This document shows, one piece after another, positions 6,752-15,182 of a DNA stretch of 64,000 nucleotides. The notes below the pieces were generated by a model, which was given only the letters and a program-made list of their open reading frames with translations, ran no database searches and was not told the DNA's origin. The DNA lies in the NCBI GenBank assembly GCA_041749075.1, contig JBGTBY010000035.1, forward strand, positions 209,870-273,869, given 5' to 3'. Position 1 is the stretch's first letter. Each line of letters opens with the position of its first letter. The position numbers and the translations under genes are program-made. The stretch is from Balneolales bacterium (GTDB taxonomy: Bacteria > Bacteroidota > Rhodothermia > Balneolales > HLUCCA01).

Positions 6752-9748
6752 TTAATCACCCATGATGCGTTGAACGTTGGCTTTGCTTTCGGCGGCAGAT
6801 GTCGGAAACGGAATCCGTTGCCCGGTAATTGTCGCCACTTTTTCGGAAATCGCAAGGGCTTCATCCGTCAATCCTGCTTCAAAAAAGATATGCTGCGCGA
6901 TCATGAAACGGCTCGAATCGAAGGATATTTCCCGAACCATGGCATCGCGTTGAGTGCTAAATGTGCGGATCTGATTTTGAATTGTCCTACGTTTCGATAA
7001 ATCACCGCGGTTTCGCTGCATGTCCTCATCAAGAGAATTCATAGCCACTTCGATGCGATCGATCCGTTCCATATTGCGAATCATGGATTGTTCGATATCG
7101 CTCATCGCCTCCTTGGCCAAACTGACGGACCGTTCAGTTTCACCTAATTGTACATACCGGTACGCATAGGTGACCATGGATGTGAGATCGCCTCGGATGG
7201 TGGTGAACGGAATCTTTTCCTCACCCCAGCGCAACCAGACCAACGCGCTGTCAGGCTGACCGGCACGGCCCCATTCCTGCGCTTGTCGTGTGATCACCGT
7301 GCGGTAGTTATCCATCATCCGGCGGATGTTCTCATCGAAATAGGCATTCTCATTATCGATTTCACGGAAACGGAATGAGCGGAGTCGGTTTCCATGGATG
7401 ATGGGGTCGACCACGCCGAACGGATCATCATGTTTTACAGGAACCACACGGAAGGCTTTACCTTCAAGACGGAAATAGGGCTGAAGATTGAGCTGTCCGT
7501 CGGACGATACCGTGATCGCGAAATAGACCGGACGTTTCCATTCATTCGTACGAAGGATATCCATCACCATGTCGTCTTGCACACGAGTATAGTACATGCG
7601 GTTACCTTGGGCATCCTGACCTAGGAAATTCCCTTCATAGTAGAATCGAAGTTCATCATCCAGAACGTCGACGGGCACTCCGAAGCCCATTTCAGGCACG
7701 AATGGAATGGAGAGAGTTCCATTTTCGACGGAGCTGTCGGATGCTTCGAACGCATTGCGGAGCATCGGTTTGTTCACCGGGATGGTGACTTCCTTTGGTG
7801 TCCAGAAATGATCTGGCCTTGTGAACTGAAACTTCTCCTCGATTCGATCCACTTGTTCATCCGTCAAGGAAATCGGAACCGGAGGCGATTCATAATTCCA
7901 TTTGTTCTTCATCTGTTTGATGTACCAACCGGTATTCAGCAGACTCAGATTCACCACGCGAACATCACGGCGAACGCCTTCCACATCTTGCAGATACCAA
8001 AGCGGGAAGGTGTCGTTATCTCCATTCGTGAAGATGATCGCATAAGGCGCGACCGAATTCAGAAGGTTATAGGCATAATCAGGCGCCACATACTGTAGAG
8101 TGCGGTCGTGGTCATCCCAATTCTGATATCCCATCCAAACTGGAACTGAAATGAACAGGAGGGCAGCCGTGGAGTATGCCAAGGCATTGGATTTAAATTG
8201 CTGACCGATCAATTGAATCAAGGAAAACGCGCCAATACCCATCCAGATGGCAAATGCAAAAAACGACCCTGTATAGGAATAGTCTCGCTCACGGGGCTGA
8301 AACGGATACTGGTTCAGATACAGCACGATCGCTATTCCGGTCACCACAAATAGAACCAGAACCACAGTGGCACGCTTCCAATCGCTCTGAAAATGGTAGA
8401 ACATACCGACCAATCCCAACAGGAACGGAAGGTAAAAATAAACATTATGGGCTTTATTGGATTCGTTGTCGGATGGTGAGAATCCGCTCACCCAATTCGC
8501 ATCCTGGATGTCGTGATCTCGCCCGATGAAGTTCCAAGCAAAATAGCGGAAGTACATATGTCCGAGCTGATAATGCCAGAAGAACGCTAGATCCGAACTG
8601 TATTGAGCATATTTTTCCACATGGCGAGCTTCGCGGGAGTACCGGCGGGGAAACAAGGATTCTTTGGTACGATCGATGTTTCCGGTTTCATTATTGAATG
8701 TGTTACCAGACAGGAGGGGAGTGGAACCGTATTGCTCACGGTTCAAGTAGGAAACGATATCTCTAACGCTCTCTGGTGAGTTCTGATCGATCGGAGGGTT
8801 GGCCATCGACCGAATGATGATGAGCGAATAGGTTGAATATCCGATCAGGATGCAACCATAAGCCAACAAAAACATGTTCAGCCATTTCATGCGACGTTTG
8901 TGAGTCAGGTAGATACCAAGGATGATCAGTCCAGACACGATCATGAAAAACGAAGCTGCGCCGATGAGACCACCTGTCGCATCCGACATCGTTCCCATTA
9001 AGGTTGGAAGCTGAATCACGGTGATCGGATAGATCAGGAAGAAAAGACCGATGCTAACGAGGCCAGCTACGATGAATGAGAGGAATGTGAACTCATATTT
9101 CTTGAAATAAATGATCATCGCTATGGCGAACAAGGCCAACAAACTCAGCAAGTGGACACCGAAGGCCAATCCGAACAAATAAACGATGAAAATGAGCCAT
9201 CTCTCATTACCAGGTTGGTCGTGTTTTTCCGACCATTTCAAGGCCAACCAAACCACCAACGACGTGAAAAACATGGATAAGGCATATGTCTCGGCTTCAA
9301 CCGCACTGATCCAGAAACTGTCTGTTACGGAAAAGGCTATCGCGCCAATGATAGCCCCACTGTATGTTGCGACTCGATCGATATAATCGTATGTATCAGG
9401 GTGTCCTTTCATTTCGATGATGAAACGGACAATGATCAAATACAGGAATAAGATGGTACCTGCGCTCGCAATAGCGCTGTACACGTTCATGCTCAGAGCC
9501 ACATAGTCAGACGGTACAAACATGGAGAAAAGGCGCCCAATCAGAAGAAAGAATGGTGCCCCTGGCGGATGAGGAATCTGCAAAAGGTGGGAGGTGGCCG
9601 TCCATTCAGGAGAGTCCCAAAACGCAGTCGTCAATGGCATTGTCAATAAATAGATAACCAACGAGGCGAAAAACGTGATCGCACCGAAAAGTTTATTCAG
9701 TGATTTGTGGTCTTTTTGCATATGATGTAGCGTTCCGAAAATTGGCAA
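6752..9748 (-). CDS. DUF2723 / TMEM260-like polytopic membrane protein (putative GT-C-type glycosyltransferase) with helical-repeat C-terminus
   Basis: 998 aa. The N-terminus ..LTMPLTTAFWDSPEWTATSHLLQIPHPPGAPFFLLIGRLF.. is the hallmark DUF2723 first loop. It is followed by more than 10 TM helices, a large soluble domain and a helical tail. Confidence 0.7.
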   Translation of the reverse strand: MPIFGTLHHMQKDHKSLNKLFGAITFFASLVIYLLTMPLTTAFWDSPEWTATSHLLQIPHPPGAPFFLLIGRLFSMFVPSDYVALSMNVYSAIASAGTILFLYLIIVRFIIEMKGHPDTYDYIDRVATYSGAIIGAIAFSVTDSFWISAVEAETYALSMFFTSLVVWLALKWSEKHDQPGNERWLIFIVYLFGLAFGVHLLSLLALFAIAMIIYFKKYEFTFLSFIVAGLVSIGLFFLIYPITVIQLPTLMGTMSDATGGLIGAASFFMIVSGLIILGIYLTHKRRMKWLNMFLLAYGCILIGYSTYSLIIIRSMANPPIDQNSPESVRDIVSYLNREQYGSTPLLSGNTFNNETGNIDRTKESLFPRRYSREARHVEKYAQYSSDLAFFWHYQLGHMYFRYFAWNFIGRDHDIQDANWVSGFSPSDNESNKAHNVYFYLPFLLGLVGMFYHFQSDWKRATVVLVLFVVTGIAIVLYLNQYPFQPRERDYSYTGSFFAFAIWMGIGAFSLIQLIGQQFKSNALAYSTAALLFISVPVWMGYQNWDDHDRTLQYVAPDYAYNLLNSVAPYAIIFTNGDNDTFPLWYLQDVEGVRRDVRVVNLSLLNTGWYIKQMKNKWNYESPPVPISLTDEQVDRIEEKFQFTRPDHFWTPKEVTIPVNKPMLRNAFEASDSSVENGTLSIPFVPEMGFGVPVDVLDDELRFYYEGNFLGQDAQGNRMYYTRVQDDMVMDILRTNEWKRPVYFAITVSSDGQLNLQPYFRLEGKAFRVVPVKHDDPFGVVDPIIHGNRLRSFRFREIDNENAYFDENIRRMMDNYRTVITRQAQEWGRAGQPDSALVWLRWGEEKIPFTTIRGDLTSMVTYAYRYVQLGETERSVSLAKEAMSDIEQSMIRNMERIDRIEVAMNSLDEDMQRNRGDLSKRRTIQNQIRTFSTQRDAMVREISFDSSRFMIAQHIFFEAGLTDEALAISEKVATITGQRIPFPTSAAESKANVQRIMGD

Positions 9749-9786
9749 GATAAGCCTTGAAATTACTTAGAAATCCTCATTTCAGC

Positions 9787-11268
9787 ATGATGAAAAACGA
9801 CACCCAAGAACTATTCAGCACCCGATGGGGAATGTTGGTAAGCATCCTAGGAATTGCGGTTGGTACTGGAAATATTTGGCGTTTCCCGCGCATCGCGGCA
9901 CAGAACAGCGGCGAAGATGGTGCCGGTGCGTTCCTTGTGGCTTGGGTTGTGTTTTTGCTGATGTGGTCGATTCCGCTGATCATCGCTGAGTACGCGATCG
10001 GACGGGCCGGGCGCAAAGGCACGGTTGGATCATTCATCAAGGTCGGTGGCCCCCAAACCGCTTGGATGGGTGCCTTCGTCGGTTTCGTGGCCATGGCCAT
10101 CATGTTCTACTATAGTGTGGTAGCCGGATGGTGCATGTACTATTTCGGAACAGCTATCACCAGCGGCTTGCCGACGGATGTGGATGGTGCCAGTGCCATG
10201 TGGTATGGATTTCAAGCCGGATGGCTGCCGGTTGTTTTTCATGGGTTGGCGATGGGGTTGGGCGGATGGGTGGTGCTCAATGGTGTGAAATCCATCGAGC
10301 GAGTGAATAAAGTGCTGATTCCGTCACTGATACTAATACTACTGATCAGTTTGGTTCGAGCTGTGACCTTACCGGGAAGTGGTCAGGGAATCGCCTTTTT
10401 GTTCACTCCGGACTGGGCCACCTTGGCGTCGCCACGGATTTGGTTGGAGGCACTCACGCAGAATGCCTGGGATACAGGAGCCGGATGGGGCTTAATCTTA
10501 ACGTATGCGGCGTATATGCGTCGGCAGGACAATGTGACTCTTAGCGCATTCCAGACGGGTATAGGCAACAATGTTGTGTCATTGGTATGCGCTGTCATCA
10601 TTTTTTCGACGGTTTTTGGCACGTTAGGGGCAAGCATGTCGCAGGGGGAGGTTTTGAAGGTGATGCAGGATTCTGGTCCGAACTCCACTGGACTCACGTT
10701 CATGTGGATGCCACGCTTGTTCGCCGACATCCCCGGAGGATTCATCATCGGCATCTTGTTTTTCTTGGGTTTAAGCGCCGCGGCATTCAGTTCGTTGATC
10801 TCCATGATTGAATTATCCGCCAAACTGTTCATTGATCGGGGAATTACACGGAAGTCGGCCGTTATCGGCATTGTAAGCATCGGATTTCTGTTAGGGATTC
10901 CATCCGCACGAAGTGCGACCATCTTCGGTAACCAAGATTTCGTGTGGGGGCTTGGACTGTTGATTTCCGGCGCGTTCATCGCTTTTGTCGCAATAAGGTA
11001 TGGAGTGAAGCGATTCAGAACGGAACTGGTAAACGGGGAGTCGAGTGGGATGCAATCCGGAGTTTGGTTGGAATGGATTTTGAAAGCTGCGATACCCGTG
11101 CAAGTTGTGGTCTTGTTGGGATGGTGGATCTGGCGAAGTGCAACGGAATTTTCGCCAGACACATGGTACGATCCGTTTGATGCGTATTCGGTAATGACAT
11201 GTTTGGTGCAATGGGGCATCGTAGCCGGGGTTCTGATCGCTTCAAACAGAAAGCTAAATGGCGCATAA
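9787..11268 (+). CDS. Sodium-dependent transporter, neurotransmitter:sodium symporter (NSS/SNF) family
   Basis: ..WGMLVSILGIAVGTGNIWRFPRIAAQNSG..GAFLVAWVVFLLMWSIPLIIAEYAIGR.. is the NSS TM1 signature. I chose the ATG at 9787. The ORF track starts at a TTG at 9757. Confidence 0.9.
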   Translation: MMKNDTQELFSTRWGMLVSILGIAVGTGNIWRFPRIAAQNSGEDGAGAFLVAWVVFLLMWSIPLIIAEYAIGRAGRKGTVGSFIKVGGPQTAWMGAFVGFVAMAIMFYYSVVAGWCMYYFGTAITSGLPTDVDGASAMWYGFQAGWLPVVFHGLAMGLGGWVVLNGVKSIERVNKVLIPSLILILLISLVRAVTLPGSGQGIAFLFTPDWATLASPRIWLEALTQNAWDTGAGWGLILTYAAYMRRQDNVTLSAFQTGIGNNVVSLVCAVIIFSTVFGTLGASMSQGEVLKVMQDSGPNSTGLTFMWMPRLFADIPGGFIIGILFFLGLSAAAFSSLISMIELSAKLFIDRGITRKSAVIGIVSIGFLLGIPSARSATIFGNQDFVWGLGLLISGAFIAFVAIRYGVKRFRTELVNGESSGMQSGVWLEWILKAAIPVQVVVLLGWWIWRSATEFSPDTWYDPFDAYSVMTCLVQWGIVAGVLIASNRKLNGA

Positions 11269-11302
11269 TTTATATTATGTAAACTAGGATAAATAAAGTG
11301 AT

Positions 11303-11329
11303 GGGCAGAGGCCTTTAAACCCTCTGCCC
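11303..11329. terminator. Candidate bidirectional intrinsic terminator hairpin
   Basis: GGGCAGAGG (11303-11311), a 9-nt loop, then CCTCTGCCC (11321-11329): a perfect 9-bp GC-rich stem. It sits between the convergent NSS and peroxiredoxin genes. The T-tract is weak. Confidence 0.6.
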
Positions 11330-11345
11330 TTGCCAAGACTCTGTT

Positions 11346-11813
11346 TTACTGGATGTCGGCGAGCGTTTGACGCACCGCTTCGAAATTCGGAAATTCTTTT
11401 GCCAATTCTAGAACTTCAGCATAACGGATCTTTCCGCTACGATCCACAACGAACGCCGAGCGTTTGGCCACTCCATTGTATCCGAAGAAATCTTCATAGA
11501 TGGCGCCATATGCGGTTGCCGCTTCTTTGTTGAAATCACTCAGCAATGGAAAATTATAATTCTCTCTCTTCTTGAACTCGTTCAGAGTAAAGAAACTGTC
11601 CACGCTGATTGCTACGACATTTGCATCCAATTGCTCATAGTCTTTCATGGTGTCGCGAATCATGCACAATTCTTTGGTGCAGACACCTGTGAAAGCCAGT
11701 GGGAAAAACAAAACGACGACGTTTTTGTTTTGAAACGATTGAAGGCTCACTTCATTTCCGTCGGTGTCTTTCAAGTTAAAGGATGGAGCGACGGATCCGA
11801 TTTGAATACTCAT
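11346..11813 (-). CDS. Peroxiredoxin (AhpE/PrxQ-like)
   Basis: 155 aa. ..NVVVLFFPLAFTGVCTKELCMIRD.. has the peroxidatic Cys in the PxxxTxxC context plus a second Cys 5 residues later. ..FPLLSDF.. and ..RSAFVVDRSGKIRY.. are also present. Confidence 0.85.
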   Translation of the reverse strand: MSIQIGSVAPSFNLKDTDGNEVSLQSFQNKNVVVLFFPLAFTGVCTKELCMIRDTMKDYEQLDANVVAISVDSFFTLNEFKKRENYNFPLLSDFNKEAATAYGAIYEDFFGYNGVAKRSAFVVDRSGKIRYAEVLELAKEFPNFEAVRQTLADIQ

Positions 11814-12427
11814 AGGGTGGTTCGAATGATGGTTTTATACGATTTGGAGATCAAAATCACGGCGATGGCATACAATCCCCATGTGATCCAGGCGGATATC
11901 ATGATCGGGATGGTGACCGCGTCGAGGACTAACGCGATTGCGAAGCATACAATTCCCAAGACGATGTTCAGATATCGCTTGTCGCTCAATGAGAACAATC
12001 CATAAATCAACAAACCAACGATAATTGCACCAACTTCATAAATTCCGAACAACAGTTCTTTCAACACAAATGTATGGGAGACAATCAGATGTGATGGCAC
12101 TAGTAAGAAAGGTATGAACGACAATGCCAGAGGAAATCGGGTCACGATCGGCTTCGAATCACGAACAACAACCGCTAAAGCGGATAACAGACAGGCGATG
12201 GTCAGTGTTTGAAAGGAATCCGTCACATATCCAGCATCGACGCTCATTGGCCAATGAGGCAACGTCACAATCACCTTCAAAATGAGGGTCAGCACAAACA
12301 AAATGCTGGTACTGAAATACAGGATGTGTTGAAGCGAGCGCTTCATCACCATTACTCGATAGAACGAATACACCGCGTAGAAGGATATTGTGGCGAGTCC
12401 GATCATCGCCCATTGTAGGTCATTCAT
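11810..12427 (-). CDS. Hypothetical polytopic membrane protein (about 6 TM)
   Basis: 205 aa and strongly hydrophobic, with no motif I recognise. Its stop overlaps the peroxiredoxin ATG by 4 nt. Confidence 0.6.
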   Translation of the reverse strand: MNDLQWAMIGLATISFYAVYSFYRVMVMKRSLQHILYFSTSILFVLTLILKVIVTLPHWPMSVDAGYVTDSFQTLTIACLLSALAVVVRDSKPIVTRFPLALSFIPFLLVPSHLIVSHTFVLKELLFGIYEVGAIIVGLLIYGLFSLSDKRYLNIVLGIVCFAIALVLDAVTIPIMISAWITWGLYAIAVILISKSYKTIIRTTL

Positions 12428-12430
12428 GGC

Positions 12431-12865
12431 TCAGGGTACCGGTTTTTGGAGGGTCATGATGCGTTCGGCAATCTCTTTGAACAAGCCTCTCTCCTGCTTC
12501 ACGATGTATTCGCACAGCTGGTGTGCGGACACATCGGCTTCATCATCCGAATAGACGATACGATCCCAATCAAAACCTGCGTCTTTTAGTCTGGCGATCC
12601 AATCGGTTCTGAGGGATATCGATACCGAAATCACATCCTGTGTGGATTCAGGAACGATGTAGGCGGATGCGCGTTGAAACAACGCTGGGGTGCAGAATTC
12701 GAGGCATTCGCGTAGCCAATCGCTGAGCAAACCCGTGATCGACAGCAAAGGACCTGGTTTTTCCTCGAACGGAACCACATCTGTGAGTCTTGAAAGCTGA
12801 TTCAGTTCTTGGACCAGCCAATCAAGATCATTGATGAGGTCAGTTGTTGGCGCGGTCTTGGGCAT
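12431..12865 (-). CDS. Hypothetical soluble protein
   Basis: 144 aa with no motif I recognise. Its 5' end overlaps the nuoI 3' end by 26 nt, and it lies 3 nt upstream of the membrane-protein gene. Confidence 0.55.
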   Translation of the reverse strand: MPKTAPTTDLINDLDWLVQELNQLSRLTDVVPFEEKPGPLLSITGLLSDWLRECLEFCTPALFQRASAYIVPESTQDVISVSISLRTDWIARLKDAGFDWDRIVYSDDEADVSAHQLCEYIVKQERGLFKEIAERIMTLQKPVP

Positions 12866-13511
12866 TCTTGGCTTCGAGCATTTCCACCAGACTCAGACTC
12901 GTTTCCCAGCGTTTGTCGCGGTTGCGGACCGAGTGGATGTTGTTTTCTTCTTGAAAATCCCAGAACTGACCGAACTGACGATTCTTGTATTCACGGAGGT
13001 AATCGAGGCGGGTTGTCAATTCTTCTTTCGGTACCAAGAGGCGATCTTTGCCATATACCGCGTCTTCGCGGCTTTCGAACACGATATCGTAGTCTTGGCT
13101 CATCACAATGGCTTCTTCCGGACAGACGTCTTCACAAAATCCGCAATAAATGCAACGAAGCATGTTGATTTCAAAAAACTCGGGATAGCGCTCTTTCGGA
13201 TCTTCTACTTCTGCCGCTTGCATGCTGATGGCCAAAGGAGGACACGCACGAGCGCACAATCCACATGCCACGCAACGCTCTTTGTCGTGGTCTTCAACCA
13301 ATACTGGACGTCCGCGGAATACCGGAGGCGGATTGAACCGCTCTTCCGGATACATCATGGTTTGGGTCGGAGCGAACATCTGCTTGAACGAGTACACCAT
13401 CCCCTTCAGGATTTCCCAGATGTACGTGCGCTGCAAAAAGTTAAGCTTGCGCTCGGTCGCATGATCCGGATTGAGGGCGTTTAGTACAGGAGTTTCGAGG
13501 TTTTTGGCCAT
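12840..13511 (-). CDS. nuoI: NADH-quinone oxidoreductase subunit I (2x[4Fe-4S] ferredoxin subunit), stand-alone
   Basis: 223 aa. ..[20 protein letters not shown]...[18 protein letters not shown]...[21 protein letters not shown].. has two CxxCxxCxxxCP clusters in the NuoI/Nqo9 context. No other nuo genes are nearby. Confidence 0.85.
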   Translation of the reverse strand: MAKNLETPVLNALNPDHATERKLNFLQRTYIWEILKGMVYSFKQMFAPTQTMMYPEERFNPPPVFRGRPVLVEDHDKERCVACGLCARACPPLAISMQAAEVEDPKERYPEFFEINMLRCIYCGFCEDVCPEEAIVMSQDYDIVFESREDAVYGKDRLLVPKEELTTRLDYLREYKNRQFGQFWDFQEENNIHSVRNRDKRWETSLSLVEMLEAKNAQDRANN

Positions 13512-13553
13512 AAGAATCTTAAGAGTGCGATTTCGGCTTGAAGATACGGGTTC

Positions 13554-14858
13554 CTATTTCTCTTTGAAAACCATCGTGATGGGAACACCACGAAACGAGA
13601 ATGTGTCTCGGAGCTTGTTTTCGATATAGCGGCGATAGTTGGCCGGCATTTCCTGCGGCTTGTTCATGAAGAACGCGAACACCGGCGGATTGGCCTTCAC
13701 TTGTGTGGCATATTTGATTTTGAGGGATACGCCACGAACATTTGGCAACGGATTTGCGCGAGTGATCATCTCAACGAACTCATTGAACTTGCTGGTCGAG
13801 ATTTTCTTCTTGCGCTCTTCGAGGATCATATCCACTTCCTCGATGATTTTATGCACCCGTTGCTTGCTCGTCGCGGAGATGCTCAAAATCGGAACATAGT
13901 CCAGATTTGGCATTTTACGCTTAATCGCATCCTCATATTCCTTGAAGGTGTTCGTCTCTTTCTCGACAAGATCCCATTTGTTGATGATCAGCATCAGTCC
14001 CTTGTTGAATTTCTCCGCTTCCAACATCACACGGGCATCTTGGGCTTCGAAACCCTGCACAGCATCAATCAACAGAATGGCGATATCGCATTCGCGGATG
14101 GCCTTTTCGGTGCGGATGTAGCTATAAAACTCGATGTTTTCTGCGACACGTGCTTTGCGTCGAAGTCCGGCGGTATCCACCAACTCATAGGTTTTGTCGC
14201 CGACAGTGAGCAGACTGTTGATGGAATCGCGCGTGGTACCGGCGATATCCGTCACAATGCTTCTCTCCTGTCCGAGCAAGGCATTCACTAGCGAGGATTT
14301 TCCGACATTCGGTCGACCGATAATGGCCAGTTTCGGATATTTGTTCTCGACTTCTTCTTGCTTTGGAGGAAGCAAGCTTACCAGCTTATCGAGAAATTCA
14401 CCGGTTCCGGTTCCATTTACCGCGGAAACCGCGAACAGATTGTCGAAACCGAGGCTATAGAAATCAGCCATGCCCCAAGAGCGTTCTACATTATCGGACT
14501 TATTGGTAGCAACGAGCAGAGGTTTCTTACTTTTTCGAAGAATCTCGGCCACTTCCTTGTCCATATCCGTCACTCCGAGTGTGATATCGACCACAAAAAT
14601 AAGCACGTCCGATTCTTCGATCGCGATATGGACTTGCTCGCGGATGCCTGCTGAAAACACGTGAGGATCATCCGGGATATAGCCACCGGTGTCGATAAGT
14701 GTGAAATCACGACCGTTCCAGAATGTCTCGCCGTAGTGACGGTCGCGGGTAACCCCGGGCATGTCGTGAACGATGGCTTTGCGTTCTCCGACCAAGCGAT
14801 TGAATAATGTGGATTTACCGACGTTGGGACGGCCCAGAATGGAGACTACAGGAAGCAT
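13554..14858 (-). CDS. der: Ribosome-biogenesis GTPase Der (EngA)
   Basis: 434 aa with tandem GTPase domains (ILGRPNVGKSTLFN.. and IIGRPNVGKSSLVN..) and a KH-like C-terminus. Confidence 0.95.
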   Translation of the reverse strand: MLPVVSILGRPNVGKSTLFNRLVGERKAIVHDMPGVTRDRHYGETFWNGRDFTLIDTGGYIPDDPHVFSAGIREQVHIAIEESDVLIFVVDITLGVTDMDKEVAEILRKSKKPLLVATNKSDNVERSWGMADFYSLGFDNLFAVSAVNGTGTGEFLDKLVSLLPPKQEEVENKYPKLAIIGRPNVGKSSLVNALLGQERSIVTDIAGTTRDSINSLLTVGDKTYELVDTAGLRRKARVAENIEFYSYIRTEKAIRECDIAILLIDAVQGFEAQDARVMLEAEKFNKGLMLIINKWDLVEKETNTFKEYEDAIKRKMPNLDYVPILSISATSKQRVHKIIEEVDMILEERKKKISTSKFNEFVEMITRANPLPNVRGVSLKIKYATQVKANPPVFAFFMNKPQEMPANYRRYIENKLRDTFSFRGVPITMVFKEK

Positions 14859-14924
14859 GATGCGGGATAATTACAAATAGAGTCGTAAGTTACGCAGAAT
14901 CGACCGAATACACAGGATACACTC

Positions 14925-15182
14925 ATGATTCAATGGTTCTATGCCGAGTTGGGATTCGCAGGCTCTATCCTGTTCGCATTGGTCATTTTTGTTCTTTTTG
15001 TGCTATGGCTTGCAGGTATCGCTGGCTTGGCGAATCTTCACACCTCAAATAAGCAGCAGAATCTCAAGTTCGTCTTGAGTGTGATATTTCCTCCCTTCCC
15101 GATCCTTTGGATCTTATGGGACATCCGTCGGCAGCATCTCATTATCCGCGGTACCCGCCGTGAAAGCTACGATTCCAACTGA
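14925..15182 (+). CDS. Hypothetical small membrane protein (2 TM)
   Basis: 85 aa with two clear hydrophobic helices (..FAGSILFALVIFVLFVLWLAGIAGL.., ..FVLSVIFPPFPILWILW..). Its 3' end overlaps the convergent helicase gene by 16 nt. Confidence 0.45.
   Translation: MIQWFYAELGFAGSILFALVIFVLFVLWLAGIAGLANLHTSNKQQNLKFVLSVIFPPFPILWILWDIRRQHLIIRGTRRESYDSN

Noticed and set aside
10383-11336. 317-aa ORF on the minus strand covering most of the NSS transporter gene
   Set aside because: It is fully antisense to a gene with unmistakable NSS motifs. The product is low-complexity (Pro/Ser/Ala/His-rich) with no motif. This is the typical shadow ORF of the complementary frame.
12840-12865. The 26-nt overlap between nuoI and the downstream 144-aa ORF, considered as a frameshift or fusion artefact
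   Set aside because: NuoI already extends beyond its conserved core and has its own stop. The downstream ORF has its own ATG, and the two frames differ. Similar overlaps are common throughout this window.
12831-13484. 217-aa plus-strand ORF opposite nuoI
   Set aside because: It is antisense to a frame that encodes two perfect 4Fe-4S ferredoxin motifs.
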